Shown piece by piece: positions 31,455-42,279 of a DNA stretch of 64,000 nt (its first letter is position 1; each line of letters begins with the position of its first letter). This DNA is from Acetobacteraceae bacterium (GTDB lineage Bacteria; Pseudomonadota; Alphaproteobacteria; Acetobacterales; Acetobacteraceae): NCBI GenBank assembly GCA_035509315.1, contig DATJLS010000060.1, positions 15,118-79,117 of the forward strand, read 5' to 3'. Under the pieces are notes generated by a model. The model saw only the letters and a list, made by a program, of their open reading frames with translations. It did no database searches and was not told the DNA's origin. Position numbers and translations under genes: made by a program.

Positions 31455-32576
31455 TCATTCCCAGGCGAGGGTGCCTCGCCGCGCATGGCGGGCGAGGGCA
31501 TGGGCGATCAGGATGTCCATCAGCGTTTCGGGTTTCATGCCCTCCGCTTCCCAGAGTTTTGGATACATGCTGATCGCGGTGAAGCCGGGGAGCGTATTGA
31601 CCTCGTTGACGAGGACGGTGTCGGGGGTGACGAAGAAATCGACGCGGGCGAGCCCCTCGCAGGCGAGCGCCCGGAACGAATCGAGCGCGAGCGCCCGGAC
31701 GCGCAACGCCAGCGCGGGCGGAAGATCCGCCGGCGCGTAGAGGCGCGCGCCGTCGGGATCGATATATTTCGCATCGTAGGTATAGAATTCGTGGGAGTCC
31801 GAAGGGACGATCTCACCCGGGGGCGAGGCGCGAAGCTCACCGGATGGATATTCGAGCACCGAGCATTCGATCTCCCGCGCTCCGGCCACGCTTCGCTCGA
31901 CGATGAGTTTGATATCGTAACGGAAAGCCTGCGCGCAGGCGCGGCGATATTCTTCTTCCGACCGCGCGCGCGAGACGCCGACCGAGGAGCCCATATTGGC
32001 GGGCTTCACGAAGAGATCCCGCGCGCCGAGCCTTTCGGCCGCCTCGTGATAGCCGGGGAGGGTCTGCGCCGAGGCGACGAGGAATGGCGCGACCGGGACC
32101 CCGCTTTCGCGCAGCAGGCGCTTGGTGATGTCCTTGTCCATGGAGGCGGCCGAGCCCATGACGCCGGAGCCGATGAAGGGGACGCGGGCGAGCTCCAGCG
32201 TGCCCTGGATCGTCCCGTCCTCTCCGTTCGGGCCGTGGAGCACCGGGAAAACGAGATCGAGGCTGAGAGGCTGCGGGGCGCGGGAGTCTCCGCCAAGAAT
32301 CAGCAATGCTCCGCCCCCGCCGGGGATCAGGGCGATTTGCGGCGCGTCCCGCGGGATCTCCAGCGACGAAGCGCCCGTGCCAGCGCCGTTGCCGCGATCG
32401 GCCAGAAGCCAGCGCCCGTCCCTGGTGATGGCAATTGGAACAACATCGTAACGATCAGGATCGAGCGCGCGCAGGATATTGGCGGCGGAGAGGCAGGAGA
32501 CGTCATGCTCGGCGGAGCGTCCGCCGAAGAGAAGGCCGATCCGTTTCCGCGCGCCAGCCATACCCTCGCTTATCAT
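31455..32576 (-). CDS. ddl: D-alanine--D-alanine ligase (long DdlA type)
   Basis: IGLLFGGRSAEHDVS N-terminus and ATP-grasp C-terminus ...EVNTLPGFT. Start may be ATG 32561. Confidence 0.85.
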   Translation of the reverse strand: MISEGMAGARKRIGLLFGGRSAEHDVSCLSAANILRALDPDRYDVVPIAITRDGRWLLADRGNGAGTGASSLEIPRDAPQIALIPGGGGALLILGGDSRAPQPLSLDLVFPVLHGPNGEDGTIQGTLELARVPFIGSGVMGSAASMDKDITKRLLRESGVPVAPFLVASAQTLPGYHEAAERLGARDLFVKPANMGSSVGVSRARSEEEYRRACAQAFRYDIKLIVERSVAGAREIECSVLEYPSGELRASPPGEIVPSDSHEFYTYDAKYIDPDGARLYAPADLPPALALRVRALALDSFRALACEGLARVDFFVTPDTVLVNEVNTLPGFTAISMYPKLWEAEGMKPETLMDILIAHALARHARRGTLAWE

Positions 32577-32713
32577 GGTTCACCCGGATGCGCATCGGAA
32601 GGATGGGACGCACGATAAGGCGCGATCACCGCTCTCGCGCCCACTCCCCCTCTTCGCGGCCCCTTCCCGGCTCGGCATGATATTTCGTCCGGCGGGCAAG
32701 GAGGGGAACGCGG

Positions 32714-33580
32714 ATGCGGTGGCAGGAGCGGCGGGAGCGGCTGCGCACGGTGCTCGCAGGCGAGGAATGCGTGCATCCGGCCTCGGTGTTCGATACCGCC
32801 TCGGCCCGCATCGCCGAATCGCTTGGATTCGAGGCCGGAATGCTTGCGGGCTCGGTCGCCTCGCTCGCGGTACTCGCCGCGCCCGATCTCATCCTTCTCA
32901 CGCTCAGCGAGTTCGCCGCTCTTGCCTATCGGATTTGCCGCGGCGCGGCGCTGCCGCTGATCGTCGATGCCGATCATGGCTATGGCAATGCCCTCAATGT
33001 GCAGCGCGCCATCGAGGAGCTCGAGAATGCCGGAGTGGCGCTGGTCACGATCGAGGATACGAGATTGCCGCGCGGCTTCGGCGAGGCGAAGCCGGAGCTT
33101 GTCTCCCTCGAGGAAGGGGTGGGGAAGGTGCGTGCCGCGCTCGCCGCGCGTGGCGATCCCGCGCTGATCATCGCCGGGCGCACCACCGTCTCGCTTGCCG
33201 GTGTTGCCGGCGCGATCGCCCGTGCGCAGGCCTATCGCGCGGCCGGTGCGGATGCCGTCTTCTTCGCCGGCCTGCGCACCCGCGAGGAGCTTGCCGCGAT
33301 CGCCGCCGCCGTTCCGCCGCCGATCCTGCTTGGCGGCGCACCGCCCGACCTTGCCGATCGCGCAACGCTCGCCGCGCACGGCGTGCGTGTTTCCCTTCAG
33401 CCCCATCTCACGCTCTCGGCCGCGATGTCCGCCGTTCACGCCACTCTCAAGGCGTTGCGCGAGGGCGCGGATCCGCGGTCGCTCGCCTGCGCGGCCTCGC
33501 CTTCGCTGCTCGCCGGAATCGCGCGAGAAAAGGATTACGAGGGCGCGATCGCCCGCTTTCTCACCGCTTCTCCTCATTGA
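32714..33580 (+). CDS. Isocitrate lyase/PEP mutase superfamily enzyme (oxaloacetate decarboxylase / methylisocitrate lyase-like)
   Basis: PLIVDADHGYGNALNV and VTIEDT motifs of the PEP mutase fold. 288 aa. Confidence 0.7.
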   Translation: MRWQERRERLRTVLAGEECVHPASVFDTASARIAESLGFEAGMLAGSVASLAVLAAPDLILLTLSEFAALAYRICRGAALPLIVDADHGYGNALNVQRAIEELENAGVALVTIEDTRLPRGFGEAKPELVSLEEGVGKVRAALAARGDPALIIAGRTTVSLAGVAGAIARAQAYRAAGADAVFFAGLRTREELAAIAAAVPPPILLGGAPPDLADRATLAAHGVRVSLQPHLTLSAAMSAVHATLKALREGADPRSLACAASPSLLAGIAREKDYEGAIARFLTASPH

Positions 33581-36500
33581 ACACCGAGAAGAGGCCGCGC
33601 AGGAAGCCCGGTGTCACCGCGGAGAGCGGGTTGACATGCACGGCGGGATCGTCGAGCGGGCCATGGACCGTGTAGGCGGCGGCGAAGACCCCGCCGCCTT
33701 TCTCGGGGCTGAAGAGACGGCCGATCAAGGGAATATGGCCAAGAAGGGAATTGAAGAAATAGGCGGGCACGATCGTGCCTGAGAGATTCGCGCTGCGGGT
33801 TGCGAGATCGATGCTTCCTGTCATCGTCAGCCCGAGCGAAGGATTGAATGCCCGCGCCTCACCGAACGCCAACTGATCGCCGGCGAGATCGAACGGCGCG
33901 ATCAGCTTCGAAAACCGGAGGCCCGGCCCCTCGATCGTCTCGGCAAGTCCATAAAGGGTCATGGCCTGCAGGACACGGGCGAGGGCAGGCACCCGCAGGA
34001 CACGGAAATCGTCGATCTCGGCATTGCCGGAAAGGGGCGATCCCGTCAGGGTGTCGTCATAGCGCGCGGAGATCGAGAGGGAACCGTCGCGCACGCCTTG
34101 GCTGATATCGGTCGCGGCGAGCAGCGCGCCGGCGTCATCGGTCGTGATCGTGAGCTGGCGGAAGCCGCCTTCGGGCGTGATGGCAATCGTGAGCGGACGT
34201 CCGGAGGCCAGATCGCCGGTCAGCCGGGCCGTGGTGATACGCAGTCCGTTGCTCTCGGCGTGCAGGCGGCAATGGGAAAGCGGCTGGTCCCCGGCGAGCA
34301 GCGCTCGTCCGAACGTGGCATCGAGTGTCCAGGGCAGTCCGCGTGCCGGCTTCGCGGTGACTGTCGGTCTTCGTGCCGCCCCTTTGTGCGCCTGATGGGC
34401 GAAGCGAGCGGACAGATCGAGTGTCGGGCCGGAAAGCACGATCGTCATCGGCTGCCCATCGCTTGGGAAGCGCACCGAGCCTGCCGCCTCCGTCCGGCCG
34501 ATCGTGGCGTGCGCGATCCGCACGAGAATCGGACGGCCGCCGGCGAAGCTCGCCGTGCCGGAGAGCGAGAGGCCGGCCCCCGTCAGGCCGAAGCTCGGGA
34601 TCGCATCGATCCGGTTGGTCGTGAGCGTGATCGTCGCATGAGCCGCGGCGTTGCTTCCCGCCGGCTTGGCCAAGCCGATCGGGGCAAGCGTCAGCGCCGC
34701 GTCCGTGAGCCCGGCCTTCACCGCCGCCGTGCCGGCGCCGTTCCGCGCCTCGGAGAAATCCGCGGTGAGATCGATCGGGCCCGTGAGCACGTCGTCCAAC
34801 CCGCCGATTCCGAGCCCGGCAAGGGCCTTCGCATTTGCCCGCGCCTCCAGCTTTCCCTGTTGCGCGATTCCATTCGCCGGCCCGGCACGAAAATCGAGCG
34901 CGTAGGAAAATTGTGCCGGGATCGCAGCGACCGCACCGCTGCCGGCGATCGTCAGCCCGTCATTGTCGGCGGTCAGGCGGAGCGTTCCGTTATCGAGCGC
35001 GTGCCCGGCGACGACCCCGCCGAGGTGCACCGCGGAGAGCGTGGCATCGGCACGCATCCGCACCTGGTCCATGGTGACCCGGTCATCGAGAGGCAGGGAG
35101 ACGGTGAGCGCCGTCTCGGTGCTGCCTGCCACATCCGTGAACGGCAGCTTGCGGCGCGCGAGGAGATGGAGCCGCTTCTCTTCGAGCAGGGTCAGGACGG
35201 CAGGCAACGGGCCGGCAATCTGCGCCGCGATCGCCCCGTCCTGCTCGCGTGCGGAGAGGCCGGTGAAGCGCACATTCCCGCTCGTGACGGTGAGCGCGCC
35301 TTCCTTCGCGTGCGCGACGGCGATGGTGAGGGAATCCGGGCTGGTGATCGAGAGCGTGGCTGCGCCATCCGTCAGCGGCGGGACCGGGCGCAGCCAATGC
35401 ACGGTCAGCCCGCTTCCTGCGACATGGCCGTCGATATGCGTGATATCGAAATCGCCGCCATCCGCCGCCGCAGTAAAGCCGAGCGCGAGATCGGCCTTGT
35501 CGGCCGTTCCGGCGGTGATGTTGCCGGTGACCCAGGCACGGCCGTCCTTGGAGATCTCGGGGGGCCAGTAGCGGGCGAGATCCGCCATCTTCACGCCCGA
35601 CGTGCCGACCGAGAGAGTGCCGTTCCAGCCGCCAGCTTTCGTCCGCCTGGCCGAGCCGTTCGCCGTCAGCGCCGGGCCCGGCGTGCCGTTGGGTCCGGCC
35701 AGATGGAGCATGAGCGTGTCCAACGCGGCGGCTTCAGGGCTCGCCGTGAGCGCGAGCGCGCCGCCATCGATCGGCACCGTGCCGCCGCCGAACGAAACCT
35801 CTCCCGCGCCCAGCGCGCCGCGGAGCCGGAGCTCGGGCTGCGCGGCTTCGCTCGCCATCGTGAAATCGGCATCGAGCGTCACCGGCGCATTCACGGCCGC
35901 GAGCGGGGCGAGGCTCGGCAGGATCGTCGCGAGCTCGGCCGGGCGGATCGGCGAGAGACTGGCCGCCACCGCGAGCCCGCTCTGCTTGTGCAGGCTCGCC
36001 TGAAGCGAAAGCGCGGCTTGTCTTCCATTGACGGCGACCGTGATCTCGCCATTGCCGGTGAGGCCGCCTTCGGCGCCTCGGAAAAGCGTGAGACTCGCTG
36101 TTGGCGCGTACCAGGTGGCGCCGAGCTTTTGATCGACGACCGAAAGCTCGGCGCCGTGGATCGCCAGGATGCGGAGCTGGCTCAGGGCCGGAAAACGGCG
36201 CGCCGGGGCGCTCGCGCCGCTGTGGAGCGGGCCCCGGGGAGTGCCCGGGGAAATGCCCGGGGAAATGCCCGGGGGAGAATTGAGCGCGGCGACGATTTCC
36301 CGAAGCAGGCTGGTGGTGGCGGAAGAGGGGGCCACGCTTTCGCGGCGCCTTCCGAAGGAGACCGCGAGCCTTCCCTGCGCATTGCGCAGCACCCGCACCT
36401 TGGGGTTCTCGATGATGATCCGGCGGGGGACGATGCGCCCGATCAGGAGCTGCGGCACCGAGAGCGACACCTCCGCGACCGGGATCTCGGCCATGCCCGC

Positions 36501-36797
36501 CCCATTCTCGCCGCGAAGCACGATATCGGCGAAGACGAGATCGAGCGGACTCTCGACCCCGTTGCGGAATCCCTGCCAGCCGAGCGCCGCGGCCCCGATG
36601 GTCAGATGCGGAGAGTCCGGCCCGCCATTGAAGGCGGCCTCCGCGCGCGGGATCAGGAAGGCGAGGTTGATCGGTCCTTCCGCGAGCTTCCAGGCGAGGA
36701 GAGAGCCTGCCGCGACGAGGAGCAGCGCCCCCCCGAGCACGATATCGCAGAGCAGGTGAAGGCAATGGGCCGCGGCTTGACCCGGGCGTCTCAACAC
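33561..36797 (-). CDS. AsmA/YhdP-like large envelope protein
   Basis: N-terminal TM anchor, an Ala/Gly/Thr-rich region of about 1000 aa, and C-terminal YTVHGPLDDPAVHVNPLS-type motif. Start uncertain (only 17 nt from the glnE ATG). Confidence 0.7.
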   Translation of the reverse strand: MLRRPGQAAAHCLHLLCDIVLGGALLLVAAGSLLAWKLAEGPINLAFLIPRAEAAFNGGPDSPHLTIGAAALGWQGFRNGVESPLDLVFADIVLRGENGAGMAEIPVAEVSLSVPQLLIGRIVPRRIIIENPKVRVLRNAQGRLAVSFGRRRESVAPSSATTSLLREIVAALNSPPGISPGISPGTPRGPLHSGASAPARRFPALSQLRILAIHGAELSVVDQKLGATWYAPTASLTLFRGAEGGLTGNGEITVAVNGRQAALSLQASLHKQSGLAVAASLSPIRPAELATILPSLAPLAAVNAPVTLDADFTMASEAAQPELRLRGALGAGEVSFGGGTVPIDGGALALTASPEAAALDTLMLHLAGPNGTPGPALTANGSARRTKAGGWNGTLSVGTSGVKMADLARYWPPEISKDGRAWVTGNITAGTADKADLALGFTAAADGGDFDITHIDGHVAGSGLTVHWLRPVPPLTDGAATLSITSPDSLTIAVAHAKEGALTVTSGNVRFTGLSAREQDGAIAAQIAGPLPAVLTLLEEKRLHLLARRKLPFTDVAGSTETALTVSLPLDDRVTMDQVRMRADATLSAVHLGGVVAGHALDNGTLRLTADNDGLTIAGSGAVAAIPAQFSYALDFRAGPANGIAQQGKLEARANAKALAGLGIGGLDDVLTGPIDLTADFSEARNGAGTAAVKAGLTDAALTLAPIGLAKPAGSNAAAHATITLTTNRIDAIPSFGLTGAGLSLSGTASFAGGRPILVRIAHATIGRTEAAGSVRFPSDGQPMTIVLSGPTLDLSARFAHQAHKGAARRPTVTAKPARGLPWTLDATFGRALLAGDQPLSHCRLHAESNGLRITTARLTGDLASGRPLTIAITPEGGFRQLTITTDDAGALLAATDISQGVRDGSLSISARYDDTLTGSPLSGNAEIDDFRVLRVPALARVLQAMTLYGLAETIEGPGLRFSKLIAPFDLAGDQLAFGEARAFNPSLGLTMTGSIDLATRSANLSGTIVPAYFFNSLLGHIPLIGRLFSPEKGGGVFAAAYTVHGPLDDPAVHVNPLSAVTPGFLRGLFSVFNEEKR

Positions 36798-36814
36798 GGT
36801 GAGCCTCGCCCGTC

Positions 36815-39793
36815 ATGCAGGGTGGTTTTCGCCTGCCGCTGGCCTGGCCGTTCCCGGCAGACAAGGGCGCGGCCGAGCGGCTGATCGAGCGTTTCGCCGC
36901 CCTCGGCCAGGCCGAGGCGCAGCTGGCTGCCCGTCCGGAGGGCGAGGCGCTCTTGCGGGCGCTTGGCGGCAACAGCCCCTATCTCGCGGACCTTGCCGTG
37001 CGCGAGGCGGCGTGCCTGCGCATGCTCGCCGAGACCGGTCCGGAGACCGTCGTCGTCGCCGCACTCGGCCGGCTCACCGCTTCCGATCCAGCCATGGAGC
37101 GGCCGCGGCTTGCTTCCCTGCTGCGACAGGCCAAGCGCGAAGTGGCGCTCGCCACGGCGATCGCGGATGTCGGAGGGCTCTGGCGGCTCGAGCAGGTCAC
37201 GGGCGCGCTCTCCGATCTCGCGGAAGCGGCACTCTCGCTCGCCGCGCGCCATCTCCTGCTCGCCCTGCATCGCGGCGGACAAATCAGGCTGCCGGATCCG
37301 GCGGTGCCCGATCGCGGCTCGGGCTTCGTCGTGCTTGGAATGGGCAAGCTCGGCGCGCGCGAGCTCAACTACTCGAGCGATATTGACCTCGTTCTGCTCT
37401 ACGACCCCGAGGCGGCACGCGGCCCCGACACGACACCCGGCTTCGTTCATGCACGGCTCGCACGCGATCTGGCGACGCTGATGGAAGCGCGCGACGCGAA
37501 CGGCTACGTCTTCCGTATCGATCTTCGCCTCCGTCCCGATCCGGCGGCCACGCCGCCAGCCGTCGCCTTGCCCGCCGCGCTCGCTTATTACGAGAGCATG
37601 GCGCAGAATTGGGAGCGCGCCGCAATGCTCAAAGCGCGCCCGGTGGCCGGGGACCGCATGCTCGGCGCGCAATTCCTCGAAGAGATCCGCCCTTTCGTGT
37701 GGCGTCGGCATCTCGATTTCGCGGCGATCGCCGATATCCACGCGATGCGCCGGCGAATCGATTCGCGCCTCGCGCCGCCGCGCCGGCTGGAAGAGCCTGC
37801 GGAGAGTCTGTTCGCGCGGCTCGCGGGCCATAATCTCAAGCTCGGCGCCGGCGGCATCCGCGAGATCGAGTTCGTCGCCCAGACATTGCAACTCGTCTGG
37901 GGAGGACGCGATCCGAGCCTGCGCGTGCCGGCGACTCTGCCCGCGCTCGCGTCGCTGACGCGCGCCGGCATCCTTGCGCCACGGGCAGCCAAGGAACTTG
38001 CCGCGTCCTATCGCTTCCTCCGCACGGTCGAGCATCGATTGCAGATGGTGGCGGATCGGCAGACGCACAGCCTGCCCGAAACGGAAGAGGGTGTGGCGCG
38101 CTTCCTTCGTTTCATGGGAGGGAAGAATGCGGAGCGCATGGGGCGACGGCTGCTCGGTCATCTGAGGCGGGTCGAGGGACGCTATCGCGAGATGTTCGAA
38201 CCGGTGCGGGAGGTGCAGACGCTGCCGCAGGCGCTCGACCTGCGCGGGGAGGACGAACCGAAACCGGCCGCGCTCGAGGCGCTTCGCGCGCTCGGCTTCG
38301 CCGATCCGGCGCGCGTCGCGGTCGCGGTGCAGGGCTGGCAGACCGGGCGGCCGCGCGCGCTTCGCTCCGAGCGTGCCCGCGAGCTCCTTTTTCGCCTTTT
38401 GCCGCAGCTTCTCTCCGCCCTCGCCCGGCAGCGCGATCCGGACACGGCCCTCACGCGGTTCGACGAGTTCCTTGCCCGCCTTCCGGCCGGCGTGCAGATC
38501 CTTTCGCTTTTTCAGCGTCATCCGGCGCTGCTTGGGCGGATCGCCGGCGTGTTCGGTGCCGCGGCGCCGCTTGCCGATTATCTCGCCCGCCACCCGGCCG
38601 GACTGGAGGGGCTGCTCGCCCCGGAAAGCACGGGGCCGAGCGACACGCTCAGTTTGGGGCTCACGGCGCGGCTCGCTCCGGTCCAGGGGCTGGAAGAGGC
38701 GCTCACCGAGATCCGGAGCTTCGTCCAGACGGAAGGGTTCCGCATTTCGGTCGCCACACTGGAGGGGCGGGCAAATGCCGATGAAGCCGGCCTCGCCCGC
38801 ACCGCGCTGGCCGATGTCACCCTGCAGGCGTTGCTGCCGCGCCTGCTCGCCGATTTCGCCCGCCGCTATGGCCGCGTGAAGCGGGGGCGGATGGCGGTGA
38901 TGATGCTCGGCAAGGGAGGCGGGCGCGAGATGATGGCGGGCTCCGACCTCGACCTGATGCTGATCTATGATCATCCGGCGGAGGTGAGCGAGAGCCGCGG
39001 CGCGCGCCGGCTGCCGGCGAGCGAATGGTTCATCCGCGCGGTTCATGCCTTCATCGCAGCGCTCTCCGCGCCGGGCGCGGAGGGGCCCGCCTTCGCGGTG
39101 GACATGCGGCTCCGCCCTTCGGGCAATAAGGGGCCTGTCGCCGTCTCGCTCGCCAGTTTTCGCCGCTATCATGCGAGCGATGCCTGGACCTGGGAGCGGA
39201 TGGCGCTGACGCGGGCCCGCGTGGTCGCAGGGTCGCGCGAATTCCGCACCGAGGTTGCGGCGGCGATCCGGAAGGCGCTCGAAGAGGCGGGCCCGCCGGA
39301 GCGGATCCGCGCCGATGCGGCCGCGATGCGGGCGCGCGTGGCGCGCGAGCTGCCTGCGGCGAGCCCGTGGGACCTGAAGCTCCGGCCGGGCGGACTGATG
39401 GAGGTGGAGTTCATCGCCCAGGTGCTGCAGCTCATTCATGCGCCGACGCGGCCGCACCTCTGGAACACGACAACGCGCCTTGCGCTTGCCGGGCTCGAGA
39501 CGGCCGGTGTGCTGAGCCGCGAGGAGGCGGCGCTGCTTTTGCGCGCGGAACTTCTCTATCGCACCGTGGTGGGTCTCCTGCGCGTTGCGGTCGGCCGCGC
39601 GCCACCGCCGCCGGCGCTGCCCGAGGCGGTGGCGACGGCTCTTCTCCATGCCGTGCGGGCGAGCGGAGAAGCGGTGCTTGACGTGGCCGGGCTGCTGGCC
39701 ACCCTGGAGGAGCAGGGCCGCGCCGTGCGCCTTCTGTTCGAGCGGCATGTGGGGCCGGTCACCGAGAGTTCGATTGAGGAGCGAAACACATGA
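36815..39793 (+). CDS. glnE: Bifunctional glutamine synthetase adenylyltransferase/adenylyl-removing enzyme
   Basis: Two nucleotidyltransferase halves (GMGKLGARELNYSSDIDLVLLY and MLGKGGGREMMAGSDLDLMLIY). 992 aa. Confidence 0.9.
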   Translation: MQGGFRLPLAWPFPADKGAAERLIERFAALGQAEAQLAARPEGEALLRALGGNSPYLADLAVREAACLRMLAETGPETVVVAALGRLTASDPAMERPRLASLLRQAKREVALATAIADVGGLWRLEQVTGALSDLAEAALSLAARHLLLALHRGGQIRLPDPAVPDRGSGFVVLGMGKLGARELNYSSDIDLVLLYDPEAARGPDTTPGFVHARLARDLATLMEARDANGYVFRIDLRLRPDPAATPPAVALPAALAYYESMAQNWERAAMLKARPVAGDRMLGAQFLEEIRPFVWRRHLDFAAIADIHAMRRRIDSRLAPPRRLEEPAESLFARLAGHNLKLGAGGIREIEFVAQTLQLVWGGRDPSLRVPATLPALASLTRAGILAPRAAKELAASYRFLRTVEHRLQMVADRQTHSLPETEEGVARFLRFMGGKNAERMGRRLLGHLRRVEGRYREMFEPVREVQTLPQALDLRGEDEPKPAALEALRALGFADPARVAVAVQGWQTGRPRALRSERARELLFRLLPQLLSALARQRDPDTALTRFDEFLARLPAGVQILSLFQRHPALLGRIAGVFGAAAPLADYLARHPAGLEGLLAPESTGPSDTLSLGLTARLAPVQGLEEALTEIRSFVQTEGFRISVATLEGRANADEAGLARTALADVTLQALLPRLLADFARRYGRVKRGRMAVMMLGKGGGREMMAGSDLDLMLIYDHPAEVSESRGARRLPASEWFIRAVHAFIAALSAPGAEGPAFAVDMRLRPSGNKGPVAVSLASFRRYHASDAWTWERMALTRARVVAGSREFRTEVAAAIRKALEEAGPPERIRADAAAMRARVARELPAASPWDLKLRPGGLMEVEFIAQVLQLIHAPTRPHLWNTTTRLALAGLETAGVLSREEAALLLRAELLYRTVVGLLRVAVGRAPPPPALPEAVATALLHAVRASGEAVLDVAGLLATLEEQGRAVRLLFERHVGPVTESSIEERNT

Positions 39794-40254
39794 GCCTTGG
39801 CGAAGGGGATCGGGCGCCCGATTTCACGCTGCCCGCGAGCGGCGGACGAAACGTGAGCCTCGGCGCCATGAAGGGCAAGCCGTTCGTTCTTTATTTCTAT
39901 CCGAAAGCGGACACACCCGGCTGCACGCGCGAGGCCTGCGCCTTCGAGGAAGCCCTGCCGGCGCTCGGCAAGATCGGGATTGCGGTGATCGGCGTCTCGC
40001 GCGACCCGATGAAGCCGATCGAGGCCTTCGCCGCGAAATACAAGCTCAGCTTTCCGCTGGCCTCCGATGTCGAGGGCAAGGCGGCGGAAGCCTATGGCGC
40101 CTGGGTCGAGAAATCGATGTATGGCCGCAAATACATGGGAATCGAGCGGAGCACGTTCCTAATCGACCGTGACGGGCGGATCGCGCGGGTATGGCGGAAG
40201 GTCAAGGTGGACGGCCATGCCGCCGAGATCATGGCGGCCGCGAAGTCGCTTTGA
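39790..40254 (+). CDS. bcp: Thioredoxin-dependent thiol peroxidase (Bcp peroxiredoxin)
   Basis: YFYPKADTPGCTREAC active site. ATG overlaps the glnE stop (ATGA). Confidence 0.9.
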   Translation: MSLGEGDRAPDFTLPASGGRNVSLGAMKGKPFVLYFYPKADTPGCTREACAFEEALPALGKIGIAVIGVSRDPMKPIEAFAAKYKLSFPLASDVEGKAAEAYGAWVEKSMYGRKYMGIERSTFLIDRDGRIARVWRKVKVDGHAAEIMAAAKSL

Positions 40255-40345
40255 TGGCGTGAGGGAAATCGTGAATGCGGCCGGTTGACGGCGGGCCGAA
40301 GCTGGGCCTCTACTCTCGGCCAAAACTTGGGGGGAGAAACGTCGG

Positions 40346-41098
40346 GTGGCAGCCCTTCTGGAAGTGGAAGGACTGGTCAAGAGTTTCGGGCCCGTGGATG
40401 TGCTCCACGGGGTCGATCTCGCGCTCAGCGCAGGCGAGGTCCTGGCGGTGGTGGGCGACAATGGGGCGGGCAAATCCACCCTGATCAAGCATATTGCCGG
40501 GGTCTATCGCCCGGATGCCGGGGAAATCCGGCTGGAAGGACGGCCGGTCCGGCTTGAGACCCCTGGCAAGGCACGCGAGCTCGGGGTCGAGACCGTCTAT
40601 CAGGATCTCGCGCTCGCCGATGAGCTTTCGGTGGGCGCCAATATCTTTCTCGGCCGCGAGCCGGTGCGGCGGTTCCTCGGCCTCATTCCGGTGATCGACA
40701 AGACACGCATCAAGAACGAGACGGACGCGCTGCTCGCGCGGATCGAGAGCCGCATTCCGCGCAAGGCGCGGACCGTCTCGCGGCTTTCGGGGGGGCAGCG
40801 GCAGGCGGTCTCGATCGCCCGCGCGCTCTACTGGCAGGCCAAGGTCGTGATCATGGACGAGCCGACCGCCGCGCTCGCGGTGATGGAGCGCGAGCACGTG
40901 ATCGGGCTTGCCCGCCGCCTCGCCGCCGAAGGGGCCGGAGTGATCTATATCGGCCACAACCTGATCGAGATTCTCGAGGTCGCGGACCGGGTCTCGGTGA
41001 TGTATCGGGGACGGATCGTTCACGTTACCAATGCCAAGGAGACGACACAGCAGGAGCTGATCAAATACATGACAGGGTTCACGGAAGCCGCCAATTGA
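40346..41098 (+). CDS. Sugar ABC transporter ATP-binding protein (single NBD)
   Basis: GTG start. Walker A GDNGAGKST, signature LSGGQRQ. 250 aa. Confidence 0.8.
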   Translation: MAALLEVEGLVKSFGPVDVLHGVDLALSAGEVLAVVGDNGAGKSTLIKHIAGVYRPDAGEIRLEGRPVRLETPGKARELGVETVYQDLALADELSVGANIFLGREPVRRFLGLIPVIDKTRIKNETDALLARIESRIPRKARTVSRLSGGQRQAVSIARALYWQAKVVIMDEPTAALAVMEREHVIGLARRLAAEGAGVIYIGHNLIEILEVADRVSVMYRGRIVHVTNAKETTQQELIKYMTGFTEAAN

Positions 41099-41161
41099 GC
41101 AGCGGCCGCCGGACGGGTTTCACAGCCGGCCGGAGCGGCCAGGCAAAGGAGGGAGGTACAG

Positions 41162-42166
41162 ATGAGAAAAATCCTGCTGATCGCGGCTGCCGCGTTCGGC
41201 TGCACGATGGCCCAGGCGGGGATGCAGGCCAGGGCCCAGGATTTCTCGAAAACAAAAATCGACGTGATCGTCAAGGCGACGACGTCGCAATATTGGGCGA
41301 CGGTGTTCGACGGCGCGCGCGCGGCCGCCAAGGTGCTTGGCGTGCAGATCGCCACGCTCGGCGCGCCGAGCGAGCTCGATGCGGCGGGCGAGGTCTCGAT
41401 CATGGAGAACGCGATCTCGGCCAAGCCCGCCGGCATCGTGATCGCGGCGACCAATGCCCAGGCGCTCGCCGAGCCGATCGCCGCGGCGACCAAGGCGGGA
41501 ATCCCCGTGATCGTGATCGATTCCAACGCCAATACCGACCAGTACGTGACCTTCCTCGCCACCAACAACGAGACCGGCGGACAGAAGGCGGCCGACGAGA
41601 TCGCGCGCTGCGTCAAGGCGCGGACGGGGAGCGCTTCGGGCAAGGTGGCCTATCTCACGGCACTGGCCGGCGCGCAGTCCCTGAACGACCGCGACAAGGG
41701 GTTCGTCGAGGAGCTCAAGAAATATCCAGGCCTCACGATCGTCGAGCATCGCGTCGGCAACAACATGGCCGACCGGGCGCTTGCGGACTCGGAGGATCTC
41801 TTGACGCGGCATCCCGATCTCGTCGCGATGTTCGCCGACAACGAGCTCGAGGGTGACGGCGCGGGCACGGCGCTCTCCGAGAAAGGGCTCGGCGGCAAGG
41901 TATGCCTGGTTGCGTTCGACACCTCCGATACGGAGATCAAGTTCGTGCGCACCGGCATCATCGACGCGCTGATCGTTCAGAACCCGTACATGATGGGCTA
42001 TGCCGGCGTTTGGTACGCGCTTGCCGCCGCGCACGGCGTCGTCTTTCCGAAATATGTCGATAGCGGAGTGAGCGTGGTCACCAAGGACAATATGGACAGC
42101 CCGCAAATGGTGGGCCTGCTCGATCCGGGCAAATACGTGCTGTCGCCGTTCCTCGGCGCCCAGTAG
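41162..42166 (+). CDS. Sugar ABC transporter periplasmic binding protein (RbsB-like)
   Basis: SD GGAGGGAGG before the ATG. Signal peptide MRKILLIAAAAFGCTMAQA. PBP type-I fold length. Confidence 0.8.
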   Translation: MRKILLIAAAAFGCTMAQAGMQARAQDFSKTKIDVIVKATTSQYWATVFDGARAAAKVLGVQIATLGAPSELDAAGEVSIMENAISAKPAGIVIAATNAQALAEPIAAATKAGIPVIVIDSNANTDQYVTFLATNNETGGQKAADEIARCVKARTGSASGKVAYLTALAGAQSLNDRDKGFVEELKKYPGLTIVEHRVGNNMADRALADSEDLLTRHPDLVAMFADNELEGDGAGTALSEKGLGGKVCLVAFDTSDTEIKFVRTGIIDALIVQNPYMMGYAGVWYALAAAHGVVFPKYVDSGVSVVTKDNMDSPQMVGLLDPGKYVLSPFLGAQ

Positions 42167-42279
42167 GACATGCAGTAGGACATAAGATCAGCGCTGGCGA
42201 CGCGGGAGCGGGTGGGGCCCGTTCCCGCGCGCGGCAAGCGGGGATCGGATGTGAAGCTTCCTGCGGAGATGAACGAGGG

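Noticed and set aside
36232-36278. About four tandem 12-bp units (gcccggggaaat) inside the AsmA-like gene, encoding PGISPGISPGTP
   Set aside because: A short in-frame microsatellite in a low-complexity linker. It could vary in length but has no evident functional signal.
34098-39748. Very long antisense ORFs (34098-36884 plus strand, 36791-39748 minus strand)
   Set aside because: They mirror the AsmA-like and glnE genes. Their composition (poly-Arg/Gly/Glu) and lack of motifs indicate non-coding shadow frames.
42163-42186. 12-bp tandem duplication CAGTAGGACAT[GA] spanning the SBP stop codon
   Set aside because: It is a single duplication with no coding consequence, because the first unit already contains the TAG. 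It is probably slippage noise.
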